A stretch of 64,000 nt of DNA, taken from positions 52,764-116,763 of the forward strand of contig CAXTHW010000010.1 in the NCBI GenBank assembly GCA_964244245.1. The letters are read 5' to 3'. The stretch comes from an uncultured Rubrivivax sp. GTDB taxonomy: Bacteria; Pseudomonadota; Gammaproteobacteria; Burkholderiales; Burkholderiaceae_C. How positions within the stretch are numbered: position 1 is the first letter of the stretch; every line of letters starts with the position of its first letter. The position numbers were made by a program, and so were the translations under genes. Shown one piece after another: positions 1 through 10,517 of this stretch. The notes beneath the pieces were generated by a model that was not told the DNA's origin, ran no database searches, and saw only the letters and a list, made by a program, of their open reading frames with translations.

Positions 1-1458
1 TGGGCCTGGCCCTTGCCGCTGGCCTGCACCGCGCTGCTGGCCTGGAGCGCGGCGCGCGTGGCGCCACGGCGGGCAGCGCTGTTCGGCTGGGCTTACGGCA
101 CCGGCTGGCTGGCAGCCGGCACCTGGTGGCTCTACATCAGCATGCACCGCTACGGCGGGCTGCCGGCGCCGCTGGCCGCTGCCGCGGTGGGCCTGCTGGC
201 GGCGGCGCTGTCGCTCTACATGGCGGGTGCGATGGCGCTGTTTGCACGCTGGCGGCAGGGCAGGCCGCTGGTGGACGCGCCGCTCTTTGCCGCGCTCTGG
301 CTGCTGGCCGAACTGGCCCGCGAGCTGATCTTCACCGGCTTCCCCTGGGTGGCCAGCGGCTATGCGCAGGTGGACGGCCCGCTGGCCGCGCTGGCGCCGT
401 GGGTGGGCGTGTACGGCATGGGCGCGGCGGGCGCGCTGGTGGCCGCGCTGCTGGCCGGTGCCGCCGCCGAGGCCGCTGCCACCACCGGGCGCGCCTGGCA
501 GCCGGCGCTGGCGGCCACGCTGCTGCTGGCGCTGCCGGCCGCAACCGGCGCGCCGTCGTTCAGCACGCCCACCGGCACGCTGGCCGTCACGCTGCTGCAG
601 ACCAACGTCGCGCAGGACGACAAGTTCGCCACCGAGCAGATGCCGCAGGCGCTGGCCTGGCTGGCCGCCGCGCTGCAAGAGGCCGGCGGCGACCTCGTCG
701 TCGCGCCGGAAACCGCCGTGCCTCTGCTGCCCGACCAACTGGCCGAGATGGCGCCCGGCTACTGGGCAGCGCTTCAGGCACGCTTCGCCAGCGGCCGCCC
801 GGCTGCGCTGGTGGGCGCGCCGCTGGGCAGCTTCGACGCGGGCTACACCAACTCGGTGGCCGGCATGCCGGGGCCGCAGCCCGGCGCCGACTACCGCTAC
901 GACAAGCTGCACCTGGTGCCCTTCGGCGAGTTCATCCCCACGGGCTTTCGCTGGTTCACGGAGCTGATGAACATTCCGCTCGGCGACTTCAACCGCGGCA
1001 TCGCCAACCCGCCGTCGTTCCCGGTCCGCGGCGAGCGCGTGGCGCCCAACATCTGCTACGAAGACCTGTTCGGCGAAGAGCTGGCCTGGCGCTTTGCCGA
1101 CCCGGCGACGGCGCCCACGGTGTTCGCCAATCTCAGCAACATGGGCTGGTTCGGTGAAGGCACCGCCATTGCACAGCACCTGAACATCTCGCGCATGCGC
1201 ACGCTGGAGCTGCAGCGGCCGATGATCCGCGCCACCAACACCGGCGCCACCGCCATCGTGAGCCACCGCGGCGTGGTCACCGCGGCGCTGGCGCCGGGCA
1301 CGCGCGGCGTGCTGCAAGGCAGCGTGCAGGGGCGCAGCGGCGTCACGCCGTACGCGGCCTGGGCGGCGCGCTTTTCGCTGTGGCCACTGGTGCTGCTGGC
1401 AGTGGCCGTGCTGGGGGCCGCCCGTACACTCGCGGCCAGGCAAGCCCGCACCGTCTGA
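1..1458 (+). CDS. lnt: Apolipoprotein N-acyltransferase (5' end probably outside the window)
   Basis: Hydrophobic N-terminus with GFPW; nitrilase-domain motifs [18 protein letters not shown] and RATNTG; frame is open to the window edge. Confidence 0.95.
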   Translation, partial: WAWPLPLACTALLAWSAARVAPRRAALFGWAYGTGWLAAGTWWLYISMHRYGGLPAPLAAAAVGLLAAALSLYMAGAMALFARWRQGRPLVDAPLFAALWLLAELARELIFTGFPWVASGYAQVDGPLAALAPWVGVYGMGAAGALVAALLAGAAAEAAATTGRAWQPALAATLLLALPAATGAPSFSTPTGTLAVTLLQTNVAQDDKFATEQMPQALAWLAAALQEAGGDLVVAPETAVPLLPDQLAEMAPGYWAALQARFASGRPAALVGAPLGSFDAGYTNSVAGMPGPQPGADYRYDKLHLVPFGEFIPTGFRWFTELMNIPLGDFNRGIANPPSFPVRGERVAPNICYEDLFGEELAWRFADPATAPTVFANLSNMGWFGEGTAIAQHLNISRMRTLELQRPMIRATNTGATAIVSHRGVVTAALAPGTRGVLQGSVQGRSGVTPYAAWAARFSLWPLVLLAVAVLGAARTLAARQARTV

Positions 1459-1483
1459 CCCCACCGTTTCCACCCACGCACCG

Positions 1484-2401
1484 ATGCTGACCTTCCAGCA
1501 GATCATCCTGCAACTCCAGTCCTATTGGGCCGACCGTGGCTGCGCGCTGCTGCAGCCCTACGACATGGAAGTGGGCGCCGGCACCAGCCACACCGCCACC
1601 TTTTTGCGCGCCATCGGCCCCGAGCCCTGGAAGGCGGCCTACGTGCAGCCCAGCCGCCGCCCGAAGGACGGCCGCTATGGCGAGAACCCCAACCGCCTCC
1701 AGCACTACTACCAATACCAGGTGGTGCTCAAGCCCGCGCCGGCCGACATCCTGGAGCTGTATCTCGGCTCGCTGGAGTCGCTGGGCTTCGACTTGAAGGC
1801 GAACGACGTGCGCTTCGTCGAAGACGATTGGGAGAACCCCACGCTGGGCTGCTGGGGCCTGGGCTGGGAGGTCTGGCTCAACGGCATGGAGGTGACGCAG
1901 TTCACCTACTTCCAGCAGGTCGGCGGCATCGACTGCAAGCCCATCACGGGCGAGATCACCTATGGCCTGGAACGGCTGGCGATGTACCTGCAAGGCGTGG
2001 ACAAGGTCTATGACCTGGTCTGGACCGAGGGCCTGAGCTATGGCGACGTCTATCACCAGAACGAGGTGGAGCAGAGCACCTACAACTTCGAGCACAGCGA
2101 CGTCGATTTCCTGTTGCAGGCCTTCGGCGCGCACGAGAAGCAGTCCAAGGCGCTGATGGAGCGGCAACTCGCGCTGCCTGCCTACGAGCAACTGCTGAAG
2201 GCCGGCCACAGCTTCAACCTGCTGGACGCCCGCGGCGCCATCAGCGTGACAGAGCGCGCCGCCTACATCGGCCGCATCCGCAACCTGGCGCGCACCGTGG
2301 CGCAAAGCTACCTCGACAGCCGCGCGCGGCTCGGCTTTCCGATGGCGCCCAGAGCCTGGGCCGACGAGGTGAGCGCGCAGATCGCCAGGAAGGCGCAATG
2401 A
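1484..2401 (+). CDS. glyQ: Glycine-tRNA ligase alpha subunit
   Basis: [45 protein letters not shown]. Confidence 0.99.
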   Translation: MLTFQQIILQLQSYWADRGCALLQPYDMEVGAGTSHTATFLRAIGPEPWKAAYVQPSRRPKDGRYGENPNRLQHYYQYQVVLKPAPADILELYLGSLESLGFDLKANDVRFVEDDWENPTLGCWGLGWEVWLNGMEVTQFTYFQQVGGIDCKPITGEITYGLERLAMYLQGVDKVYDLVWTEGLSYGDVYHQNEVEQSTYNFEHSDVDFLLQAFGAHEKQSKALMERQLALPAYEQLLKAGHSFNLLDARGAISVTERAAYIGRIRNLARTVAQSYLDSRARLGFPMAPRAWADEVSAQIARKAQ

Positions 2402-4503
2402 GCGCTGCGGTGCACAACCTGCTGGTCGAGCTGTTCGTCGAAGAGCTGCCGCCGAAGGCCTTGAAGGCGCTGGGCGAGGCCTTCGCGTCGCTGCTGGCCG
2501 ACGGTTTGAAGGCGCAAGGCCTGGCAGATGCCGACGCGGCGGTGACGCCCTTCGCATCGCCACGGCGCCTGGGCGTGCATGTGGCCGGGGTGGCAGCCAA
2601 GGCGGCCGACAGCGCGGTGAAGCAGAAGCTGATGCCGGTCTCGGTCTTCTTCGACGGCGGCGGGCAGTTGACGCCGGCCGCGCACAAGAAGCTGGCTGCC
2701 GTGGGCGCCAGCGCGGCCGATGTGGTGCGCGCTTTCGACGGCAAGTCGGAATTTGCATATGTCGATGCGCTGCGGCCCGGCGTTGCGCTTGCCGATGGCT
2801 TGCAGCAGGCGCTGGCCGACGCCATCGCCCGGCTGCCGATTCCCAAGCTGATGCAATACCAGCTCGCCGACGGCTGGACCAGCGTCAACTTCGTGCGCCC
2901 TGCGCATGGCCTGGTGGCGTTGCACGGCGGCAGCGTGGTGCCGGTGTCGGCACTCGGCCTGCAGTCGGGCCGGGTGACGCAAGGCCACCGCTTCGAGGCC
3001 GCCAGCCCCGCCATCACGCTGCGCGACGCAGACAGCTACGCAGCGCAATTGCGCGACGAAGGCGCGGTGATCGCCAGCTTCGCAGAGCGGCGCGCCGAGC
3101 TGCTGCGCCAGCTCCACGCGGCGGCCGACCAGCAGGGCCTGAAGGCCATCGACGACGCGGCGCTGCTCGACGAAGTGACGGCCCTCGTCGAGCGGCCCAA
3201 CGTGCTGCTGTGCCAGTTCGAGCCCGAGTTCCTGGCGGTGCCGCCGGAGTGTTTGATCCTGACGATGAAGGCCAACCAGAAGTACTTTCCGCTGCTGGAC
3301 GGTGACGGCCGGCTGACGCACAAATTCCTGGTGGTCAGCAACATCCGCCCGGCCGACCCCAGCCGCGTGGTGCAGGGCAACGAGCGCGTGGTGCGCCCGC
3401 GGCTGGCCGACGCCAAGTTCTTCTTCGATCAGGACAGGCGCAGCACGCTGGCGTCCCGCGTGCCGGCGTTGGCGAAGGTGGTCTATCACGGCAAGCTGGG
3501 ATCGCAGGGCCAGCGCGTGGAGCGCGTGCGCAACATCGCCCGCCAGATCGGCAGCAGCCTGGGCAGCCAGGCGCTGGCCGAGCAGGCCGACCGCGCCGCG
3601 CTGCTCGCCAAGGCAGACCTGCTGACCGACATGGTGGGCGAATTCCCCGAGCTGCAAGGCACGATGGGCGGCTACTACGCGCGCCATGACGGCGAGCCCG
3701 AGGCGGTGGCGCTGGCGGTCGAAGACCACTACCGCCCGCGCTTTGCCGGCGACGCGCTGCCGCGCGGTGAAGCCGGCCTGGTGCTGGCGCTGGCCGACAA
3801 GCTGGAGACGCTGGCCGGCATGTTCGGCATCGGCCAGTTGCCCACCGGCGACAAGGACCCGTTCGCGCTGAGGCGCCACGCGCTGGGGCTGATCCGCATC
3901 CTGACCGAGCGCGATCTTCCGCTCGGTCTGACGCCGCTCATCACGCTGGCCACGGCGCAGTTTCCGCACGGCGCGGATGCCGACGCATTGATCGCCGACT
4001 TCGTCTTCGAGCGGCTGCGCACATCGTTGCGCGACGGCGGCTTCTCGGCCAACGAGGTGGATGCCGTGCTGGCGCTGCGGCCCGACGTGCTGGCCGACGT
4101 GCCGCGCCGGCTGGCGGCAGTGCGCGCCTTCACGGCGCTGCCCGAAGCACCGGCGCTGGCGGCGGCCAACAAGCGCGTCGGCAACATCCTGCGCAAGAGC
4201 CAGGCTGCGGGCGACGGCGCGGCGGCGGCCGTCAACCCGGCGCAGTTGCTGGAGCCTGCCGAGGCCGCGCTGTACGACGCGCTGGGCCGCGCCGCGCCGC
4301 TGGCCGACGCCGCCTTCGCGCGCGGCGACTATGCCGCGTCGCTGCAGGCGCTGGCCGTGCTGAAGGCGCCTGTCGATGCCTTCTTCGACACCGTGATGGT
4401 CAACGCCGACGACGCGGCCTTGCGCAACAACCGGCTGGCGCTGCTGGCCGCGCTGCATGCAGCGATGAACCGTGTCGCCGACCTGTCGCGCCTGGCCGCC
4501 TGA
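2398..4503 (+). CDS. glyS: Glycine-tRNA ligase beta subunit
   Basis: [36 protein letters not shown]-terminal NRLALL; ATGA overlap with glyQ. Confidence 0.98.
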   Translation: MSAAVHNLLVELFVEELPPKALKALGEAFASLLADGLKAQGLADADAAVTPFASPRRLGVHVAGVAAKAADSAVKQKLMPVSVFFDGGGQLTPAAHKKLAAVGASAADVVRAFDGKSEFAYVDALRPGVALADGLQQALADAIARLPIPKLMQYQLADGWTSVNFVRPAHGLVALHGGSVVPVSALGLQSGRVTQGHRFEAASPAITLRDADSYAAQLRDEGAVIASFAERRAELLRQLHAAADQQGLKAIDDAALLDEVTALVERPNVLLCQFEPEFLAVPPECLILTMKANQKYFPLLDGDGRLTHKFLVVSNIRPADPSRVVQGNERVVRPRLADAKFFFDQDRRSTLASRVPALAKVVYHGKLGSQGQRVERVRNIARQIGSSLGSQALAEQADRAALLAKADLLTDMVGEFPELQGTMGGYYARHDGEPEAVALAVEDHYRPRFAGDALPRGEAGLVLALADKLETLAGMFGIGQLPTGDKDPFALRRHALGLIRILTERDLPLGLTPLITLATAQFPHGADADALIADFVFERLRTSLRDGGFSANEVDAVLALRPDVLADVPRRLAAVRAFTALPEAPALAAANKRVGNILRKSQAAGDGAAAAVNPAQLLEPAEAALYDALGRAAPLADAAFARGDYAASLQALAVLKAPVDAFFDTVMVNADDAALRNNRLALLAALHAAMNRVADLSRLAA

Positions 4504-4546
4504 GCGCGCCCGAGCACGCCCGAGAACGCTGAAAGCACCGCGCACC

Positions 4547-5143
4547 ATGCACGCCGTCAAGCTCGTCATCGTCGGCCGCGACGGCATCCTGAACAAGTAC
4601 CGCGAAGACCATGTCAAGGCGCCGGAGGAATGGGTGCCGATCAAGGGCGCGCTCGACGCGGTGGCGCGGCTCAACCACGCAGGCTGGCATGTGGTGGTGG
4701 CCACCAACCAGGCCGGCATCGGCCGCGGAATGATCGACATGGCGGCAGTCAACGCCGTGCACGCCCACATGAACCGGCTGCTGGTGGCGCATGGCGGCCG
4801 TGTCGATGCGGTGTTCTTCTGCCCGCACACGGCCGAAGACCACTGCCTTTGCCGCAAGCCGCTGCCCGGCATGCTGCTGGACATCGGCCGCCGCTACGGC
4901 GCCGACCTGAAGCAGGTGCCGATGGTGGGCGACACCTCGCGTGACCTGACCGCCGCGCAGGCCGCAGGCTGCGAGCCGCACCTGGTGCTGAGCGGCCGCG
5001 CCGCGCTGCTGGACGACGAGCAACTCGCGCAGACGCTTCAGCAGGTGCCCGGCACGCGCGTGCACACCGACCTGGCGGCCTTTGCCGAGTTCCTGCTCAA
5101 GCGCGACCACATCGTCGATTCGGCCAGCGGGGGCTTCTCCTGA
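4547..5143 (+). CDS. gmhB: GmhB-family HAD phosphatase (heptose-1,7-bisphosphate phosphatase-like) with atypical motif I
   Basis: VATNQAGIGRG, CPH..CLCRKP zinc motif, MVGD; motif I reads GRDG instead of DRDG; follows glyS. Confidence 0.85.
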   Translation: MHAVKLVIVGRDGILNKYREDHVKAPEEWVPIKGALDAVARLNHAGWHVVVATNQAGIGRGMIDMAAVNAVHAHMNRLLVAHGGRVDAVFFCPHTAEDHCLCRKPLPGMLLDIGRRYGADLKQVPMVGDTSRDLTAAQAAGCEPHLVLSGRAALLDDEQLAQTLQQVPGTRVHTDLAAFAEFLLKRDHIVDSASGGFS

Positions 5144-5937
5144 TGCGTCCCGTGCGCATCTTGTGGGGCCTGCGCTCGGCCATCTTCGTGCTGTGGCTTG
5201 CCGTCTCGGTGGTGCCTTGGGCGCTGGCGGTGCTGGTGCTGTCGATCTTCGTGCGCGGTGCGCCGGTGTACTGGGCCTGCGCCGGCTGGCTGCGGCTGGC
5301 GATCTGGAGCGCGCGCGTGATCTGCGGCGTGCGCTGGCGCGTGCACGGCATGGACAACCTGCCCACTGCTGCGGACGCAAAGTCGGCCGTGCTGCTGGCG
5401 CCCAAGCACCAGTCCACCTGGGAAACCTTCGCGTTCCCGATGCTGATGCCGCACCCGCTGGCCTATGTGTTCAAGCGGGAGCTGCTCTACATCCCCTTCT
5501 TCGGCTGGGCGATGGCGCGCATGGACATGATCCACATCGACCGCTCGCGGCGCACCGAGGCCTGGAACAAGGTGGCCGCGCAAGGCAAGACGCTGTTCGC
5601 CCAAGGCATCTGGGTGATCATGTTCCCGGAAGGCACGCGCGCGCCGCGCGGCGGCAAGGGCAGCTACAAGAGCGGCGCGTCGCGGCTGGCCATCACGGCG
5701 GGCGTGCCCATCGTGCCCATCGCCGCCACCTCCGCGCGCTGCTGGCCGCGCAAGAGCTTTCTGCTGCGGCCGGGGGTGGTGGACGTGTCCATCGGCAAGC
5801 CCATCCCGAGCACCGGCCGCGAAAGCGACGAGCTGATGGCCGAGGTGGAGCGCTGGATCGAGGCCGAGATGCGCCGGCTCGACCCCGAGGCCTACCCGGC
5901 CGGCACGCCGGCCGTGGCGGCGGCCGCGGCCCGCTAG
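5143..5937 (+). CDS. plsC: 1-acyl-sn-glycerol-3-phosphate acyltransferase
   Basis: KHQSTWET, FKRELL, IDR, FPEGTR motifs. Confidence 0.92.
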   Translation: MRPVRILWGLRSAIFVLWLAVSVVPWALAVLVLSIFVRGAPVYWACAGWLRLAIWSARVICGVRWRVHGMDNLPTAADAKSAVLLAPKHQSTWETFAFPMLMPHPLAYVFKRELLYIPFFGWAMARMDMIHIDRSRRTEAWNKVAAQGKTLFAQGIWVIMFPEGTRAPRGGKGSYKSGASRLAITAGVPIVPIAATSARCWPRKSFLLRPGVVDVSIGKPIPSTGRESDELMAEVERWIEAEMRRLDPEAYPAGTPAVAAAAAR

Positions 5938-5955
5938 CGCCCGATCGGGCTTGCC

Positions 5956-6744
5956 ATGGGCATGGGCCAGTTGTCGCTCTTCGACGATGCGCCAGGTGTG
6001 CCGGCGGCCGACGTCTTCCGCCACCCGCGCGCCCAGCGCGAGATCCGTTTCGGCCAGCACACCGTGGGCTACGAGCTGCGGCGTGCGCGCCGGCGCAGCA
6101 TCGGCTTCGTGGTGGGCATCGACGGCCTGACCGTCAGCGCGCCGCGCTGGGTCGGGCTGGCGGACGTGGAAGCAGCCTTGCGCGAGAAAGCGCCGTGGAT
6201 CCTGCGCAAGCTGCAGCAGCAGCGCGAGCGCGCACAGCGGCTGGACGCCGCGCGGGTGGACTGGCGTGACGGCGCCACCATCCCCTTCCTGGGCCGCAGC
6301 GTCACCGTGCGGCTTCAGCCGGGCGCACGCGGGGCGGTGCTGGACGCAGACACCGGCGCGCTGCGGCTGGGCCTGCCGCAGGGCGCCGCGGCGGGGCAGA
6401 TCCGCGACACGGTGCAGAGCTGGCTGCAGCGCCAGGCGCGCCGGGTCTTCGAAGAGCGCTGCCAGCTCTTCGCCCCGCGGCTGGGCGTGCGCATGAAGCG
6501 GCTCAGCCTGAGTTCGGCCGCCACGCGCTGGGGCAGCGCGAGTGCAGACGGCTCGGTGCGGCTGAACTGGCGCCTGGTGCACTTCGGCCTGCCAGTCATC
6601 GACTACGTGGTGACGCACGAGCTGGCGCACCTGCGCGAGATGAACCACAGCGCCGCGTTCTGGGACGTGGTGCGCTCGGTGCTGCCCGACTACGAACAGG
6701 CCCGCGGCGCGCTCGGCAGCGAGGTGCTGCCGGTCTTCGACTGA
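5956..6744 (+). CDS. M48/SprT-like zinc metallopeptidase-fold protein (YgjP/DUF45 family)
   Basis: RWGSAS, DYVVTHELAHLREMNHS..FW (HExxH). Confidence 0.9.
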   Translation: MGMGQLSLFDDAPGVPAADVFRHPRAQREIRFGQHTVGYELRRARRRSIGFVVGIDGLTVSAPRWVGLADVEAALREKAPWILRKLQQQRERAQRLDAARVDWRDGATIPFLGRSVTVRLQPGARGAVLDADTGALRLGLPQGAAAGQIRDTVQSWLQRQARRVFEERCQLFAPRLGVRMKRLSLSSAATRWGSASADGSVRLNWRLVHFGLPVIDYVVTHELAHLREMNHSAAFWDVVRSVLPDYEQARGALGSEVLPVFD

Positions 6745-6893
6745 GCGCCACCGTCCTTCTTTGGAAGGATGGCGCTGTGTGCCGAAATCGGCACACTCCG
6801 CGCTTCGCTGTCATTGCAAGTGCGCACGGCGAATCCTCGGGAAGGTCATGAAGAAGCGGGGGTGGCGGGGTGGTGCACGCCGGCCCGTCACCC
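6744..6893. other. Cluster of four adjacent stem-loops between convergent genes
   Basis: Stems read by eye at 6744-6776, 6777-6796 (GTGTGCCGA/TCGGCACAC), 6804-6833 and 6860-6893. Confidence 0.55.
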
Positions 6894-6956
6894 ACCAGCT
6901 CTCTGCGGCTTGCGCCAGTTCAGCCGCTCCCGCCTTTCAATCCGTCTCCCGTTCTC

Positions 6957-8048
6957 TCACGCCTTCAGCGCGAAGCGCAGCACCCCGTCTGCGCTGCGAG
7001 GCGCTGCCACCAGCCGGCCCTGCGAGACCAGCGCATGCAGGTGCGCCACCGCCTCGCCCATCGCAAACGTCGTCTGGTGCAGGTCCAGCGTGCGCTTGAA
7101 CAGCACCGGCAGCAGGTCGGATGCACTCTGCGGCCCTTGCGCGCAGGCCTCCAGCACGTCGGCAAAGCGGTCTGTATGGTGTTGCGTGAGCTGCCCGATG
7201 CGCTCGTGCAGGCCGGTGAAGGGCTTGCCGTGGCTGGGCAGCACCAGCGTGCCGGCCGGCAGCGCCAGCAGCCGCGCGATGGACGCCAGGTACAGCGGCA
7301 GCGGGTCGGCCTCGGGCTCCAGGTCGAAGACGCTGATGTTGGTGGAAATGCGCGGCAGCACCATGTCGCCCGAGATCAGCAGGTTCAGCGCCGGGCAGTG
7401 CAGCGCGATGTGCTCCGGCGCGTGGCCGTAGCCTGCGATGCAATGCCAGGCGTTGCCACCGACCATCACCGTCATCCCGTCCAGCAGCCGCCGGTAGCGG
7501 CGCGGCACCTCGGGCACCATGTTCGCGTAGTAGTTGCTGCGCCCGCGCACCTGGGCCAGCGCGTCGGGGTCGGCCAGGCCGTGGCGTGCAAAGAAGCGGG
7601 CCGACTCCTCGCCGCCGAAGCCGGTGCTGGCCATGCTGGCCACGCGCGCTGCGTTCCAGTCGGTCGCGCTGATCCACAGCCTGCATTCGTGCTCAGGCGT
7701 GCTCCAGCGCTCGGTGAGCCAGTGCGCCAGGCCGATGTGGTCGGGGTGCATGTGGGTGACGATCACGCGCAGCACCGGCAGGCCTTGCAGCGCGGTGGCG
7801 AAGACGTGCTCCCAGGCGTCGCGCGTGGCGGCGTTGGCAATGCCGCAATCGACGATGGTCCAGCCCTGTCTCGGCCCGTCCGGGCCGTCCAGAACGTCGC
7901 GCAGCAGCCAGAGGTTGATGTGGTCCAGCGCGAAGGGCAGCGCCATGCGCAGCCAGCGCACGCCGGGCGCCAGCTCCAGCGTGGTGCCCACGGGTGGCAA
8001 CGTGTCGCCCAGGGGGTAGTGCAGCGCGCTCTCTTGCGGGTTGGCCAT
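6957..8048 (-). CDS. Metallo-beta-lactamase-fold hydrolase
   Basis: THMHPDHIG (HxHxDH), GHAPEH, ISGD, LPSHG. Confidence 0.92.
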   Translation of the reverse strand: MANPQESALHYPLGDTLPPVGTTLELAPGVRWLRMALPFALDHINLWLLRDVLDGPDGPRQGWTIVDCGIANAATRDAWEHVFATALQGLPVLRVIVTHMHPDHIGLAHWLTERWSTPEHECRLWISATDWNAARVASMASTGFGGEESARFFARHGLADPDALAQVRGRSNYYANMVPEVPRRYRRLLDGMTVMVGGNAWHCIAGYGHAPEHIALHCPALNLLISGDMVLPRISTNISVFDLEPEADPLPLYLASIARLLALPAGTLVLPSHGKPFTGLHERIGQLTQHHTDRFADVLEACAQGPQSASDLLPVLFKRTLDLHQTTFAMGEAVAHLHALVSQGRLVAAPRSADGVLRFALKA

Positions 8049-8068
8049 GACTGTCCTGCGAAGCTGGA

Positions 8069-8098
8069 TTTACATTTACGTTTACGTCAACGTCAGTC
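8069..8098. promoter_or_regulatory. LiuR-type operator in the MBL-hydrolase/liuR divergent region
   Basis: TTTACGTTTACGTCAA (8075-8090) inside a 6-bp periodic tract; similar site at 21319. Confidence 0.75.
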
Positions 8099-8103
8099 TA
8101 ACC

Positions 8104-8568
8104 ATGGCACAAGCCTCCGCCGGCACGCCGCGCGCCGCGTTCACGATCACCGAGCTGGCGCTGGAGTTCGACATCACGCCGCGCGCCATCCGCTTCTATG
8201 AAGACGTGGGCCTGCTGACGCCCACCCGCGCCGGCCGCAACCGCGTCTATGGCCAGCGCGACCGCACGCGGCTCAAGCTCACCTTGCGCGGCAAGCGCCT
8301 GGGCCTGAGCCTGCAGGAGATCAAGCAGCTCGTGGACATGTACGACTCGCCGTCCGACACCGCGCAGCAGTTGCAGGCCTTCCAGGCGGTGCTGGCCGAG
8401 CACCGCCGGCTGCTGGAACAGCAGCGCGAAGACATCGAGATCACGCTGGCCGAGATCGCCCAGCACGAAGCGCGCTGCCGGCTGCTGCTGGCCGCCACGC
8501 CCTCCACGCCCCCCACGCACGCCGCACGCGGCGCACACGCCAAGCGGGCCGCCAAGGCCGCGGCCTGA
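8104..8568 (+). CDS. liuR: MerR-family regulator of leucine/isovalerate utilisation
   Basis: [37 protein letters not shown]; directly upstream of ivd. Confidence 0.9.
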   Translation: MAQASAGTPRAAFTITELALEFDITPRAIRFYEDVGLLTPTRAGRNRVYGQRDRTRLKLTLRGKRLGLSLQEIKQLVDMYDSPSDTAQQLQAFQAVLAEHRRLLEQQREDIEITLAEIAQHEARCRLLLAATPSTPPTHAARGAHAKRAAKAAA

Positions 8569-8608
8569 CGGCGCACCGGCAAACCGACAAACGAAGGAGA
8601 CGAATCCC

Positions 8609-9787
8609 ATGGACCTGCCCGGCCTGAACTTCATGCTCGGTGAAGACATCGACGCGCTGCGCGACACGGTGCGCAGCTTCGCGCAGAGCGAGATCGCCCC
8701 GCGCGCCGCCGAGATCGACCGCAGCGACCAGTTTCCGATGGACCTGTGGCGCAAGATGGGCGACCTTGGCGTGCTGGGCATCACCGTGCCCGAGGCCCAC
8801 GGCGGCGCCGGGATGGGCTACCTGGCGCACATGATCGCGATGGAAGAGATCAGCCGCGCCAGCGCGTCGGTGGGCCTGAGCTACGGCGCGCACAGCAACC
8901 TCTGCGTGAACCAGCTCAAGCGCAACGGCAGCGAGGCGCAGAAGGCCAAGTACCTGCCGAAGCTGGTCACCGGCGAGCATGTCGGCGCGCTGGCGATGAG
9001 CGAGCCCGGCGCGGGCAGCGACGTCATCAGCATGAAGCTCAAGGCCGAGGACAAGGGCGGCCACTACCTGCTCAACGGCAGCAAGATGTGGATCACCAAC
9101 GGCCCCGACGCCGACGTGATGGTGGTCTATGCCAAGACCGAGCCCGAGCTGGGTGCGCGCGGCGTCACCGCCTTCATCGTCGAGAAGGGCATGCCGGGCT
9201 TCAGTACCGCGCAGAAGCTCGACAAGCTGGGCATGCGTGGCAGCCACACCGGCGAGATGGTGTTCGCCAACGTCGAGGTGCCGGCCGCCAACGTGCTGGG
9301 CGCGCTGAACGGCGGCGCCAAGGTGCTGATGAGCGGGCTGGACTACGAACGCGCGGTGCTCGCGGCCGGCCCCATCGGCCTGATGCAGGCGGTGATGGAC
9401 AACGTGGTGCCCTACATCCACGACCGCAAGCAGTTCGGCCAGAGCATCGGCGAGTTCCAGCTCATCCAGGGCAAGGTGGCCGACATGTACACCGTGCTCC
9501 AGGCGGCGCGCGCCTACTGCTACGTGGTGGGCAAGAACCTCGACGCGCTGGGCACCGAGCATGTGCGACAGGTGCGCAAAGACTGCGCCAGCGTCATCCT
9601 GTACTGCGCCGAGAAAGCCACCTGGATGGCCGGCGAAGGCATCCAGATCTTCGGTGGCAACGGCTACATCAACGACTACCCGCTGGGCCGGCTGTGGCGC
9701 GACGCCAAGCTGTACGAGATCGGCGCCGGCACGTCCGAGATCCGCCGCATGCTGATCGGCCGCGAGCTGTTCGCCGAAACGATGTGA
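8609..9787 (+). CDS. ivd: Isovaleryl-CoA dehydrogenase
   Basis: [38 protein letters not shown]; RBS GGAGA upstream. Confidence 0.97.
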   Translation: MDLPGLNFMLGEDIDALRDTVRSFAQSEIAPRAAEIDRSDQFPMDLWRKMGDLGVLGITVPEAHGGAGMGYLAHMIAMEEISRASASVGLSYGAHSNLCVNQLKRNGSEAQKAKYLPKLVTGEHVGALAMSEPGAGSDVISMKLKAEDKGGHYLLNGSKMWITNGPDADVMVVYAKTEPELGARGVTAFIVEKGMPGFSTAQKLDKLGMRGSHTGEMVFANVEVPAANVLGALNGGAKVLMSGLDYERAVLAAGPIGLMQAVMDNVVPYIHDRKQFGQSIGEFQLIQGKVADMYTVLQAARAYCYVVGKNLDALGTEHVRQVRKDCASVILYCAEKATWMAGEGIQIFGGNGYINDYPLGRLWRDAKLYEIGAGTSEIRRMLIGRELFAETM

Positions 9788-9824
9788 CCCTCTACACTGC
9801 AAGCATGATGCAGTGCAGCAAGCA

Positions 9825-10517
9825 ATGACCACCGAACTGCAGGAGCTGTTCGCGAGCAACCGCGAGTGGGCGGCCAGCACGCTGGCGCGCGAGCCGGGCT
9901 TCTTTTCGCGCCTGCTCGAACAGCAGACACCGCAGTACCTGTGGATCGGCTGCGCCGACAGCCGCGTGCCGGCCAACGACCTGGTCGGCCTGCTGCCCGG
10001 CGAGCTGTTCGTGCACCGCAACGTCGCCAACGTGGTGGTGCCCACCGACCTCAACTGCCTGTCGGTGCTTCAGTTCGCGGTGGACATGCTGCGGGTGCGC
10101 CACATCATCGTCGTCGGCCATTCCGGCTGCGGCGGCGTGAAGGCGGCGCTGAACAACCTGCGCGTTGGCCTGGCCGACAACTGGCTGCGCCATGTGCAGG
10201 ACGTGCGTGACCGCCACCAGGCGCTGCTGGACGCGCTGCCGACGGAGCGCAGGATGGACGCGCTGTGCGAGCTGAACGTGCTGGAGCAGGCGCGCAACGT
10301 CTGCCGCACCACCATCGTCGAGGACGCCTGGCAGCGCGGGCAGGAGGTCGTCGTGCACGGCTGGGTCTATGGCCTGCACAACGGCCTGCTGGAAGACCTG
10401 ACCATCACCGTCGGCGGCCATGCCGACATCGAGCCGGCCTACCAGCGCGCCTTGGCCGCGCTGCACGCGCGCTTCGACATCGCTGCCGGCGGCCAGCCGT
10501 GTTCCCCCACAGCCTGA
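9825..10517 (+). CDS. can: Beta-class carbonic anhydrase
   Basis: [26 protein letters not shown]. Confidence 0.96.
   Translation: MTTELQELFASNREWAASTLAREPGFFSRLLEQQTPQYLWIGCADSRVPANDLVGLLPGELFVHRNVANVVVPTDLNCLSVLQFAVDMLRVRHIIVVGHSGCGGVKAALNNLRVGLADNWLRHVQDVRDRHQALLDALPTERRMDALCELNVLEQARNVCRTTIVEDAWQRGQEVVVHGWVYGLHNGLLEDLTITVGGHADIEPAYQRALAALHARFDIAAGGQPCSPTA

Noticed and set aside
4501-4532. 10-bp degenerate repeat after the glyS stop (TGAGCGCGCC/CGAGCACGCC/CGAGAACGCT)
   Set aside because: Period 10 and no TCAG/CTGA cores; too degenerate to include in the 11-bp motif family
6769-7431. ORFs starting in the 6744-6956 gap
   Set aside because: No RBS, overlap the MBL gene antisense, and composition is not protein-like
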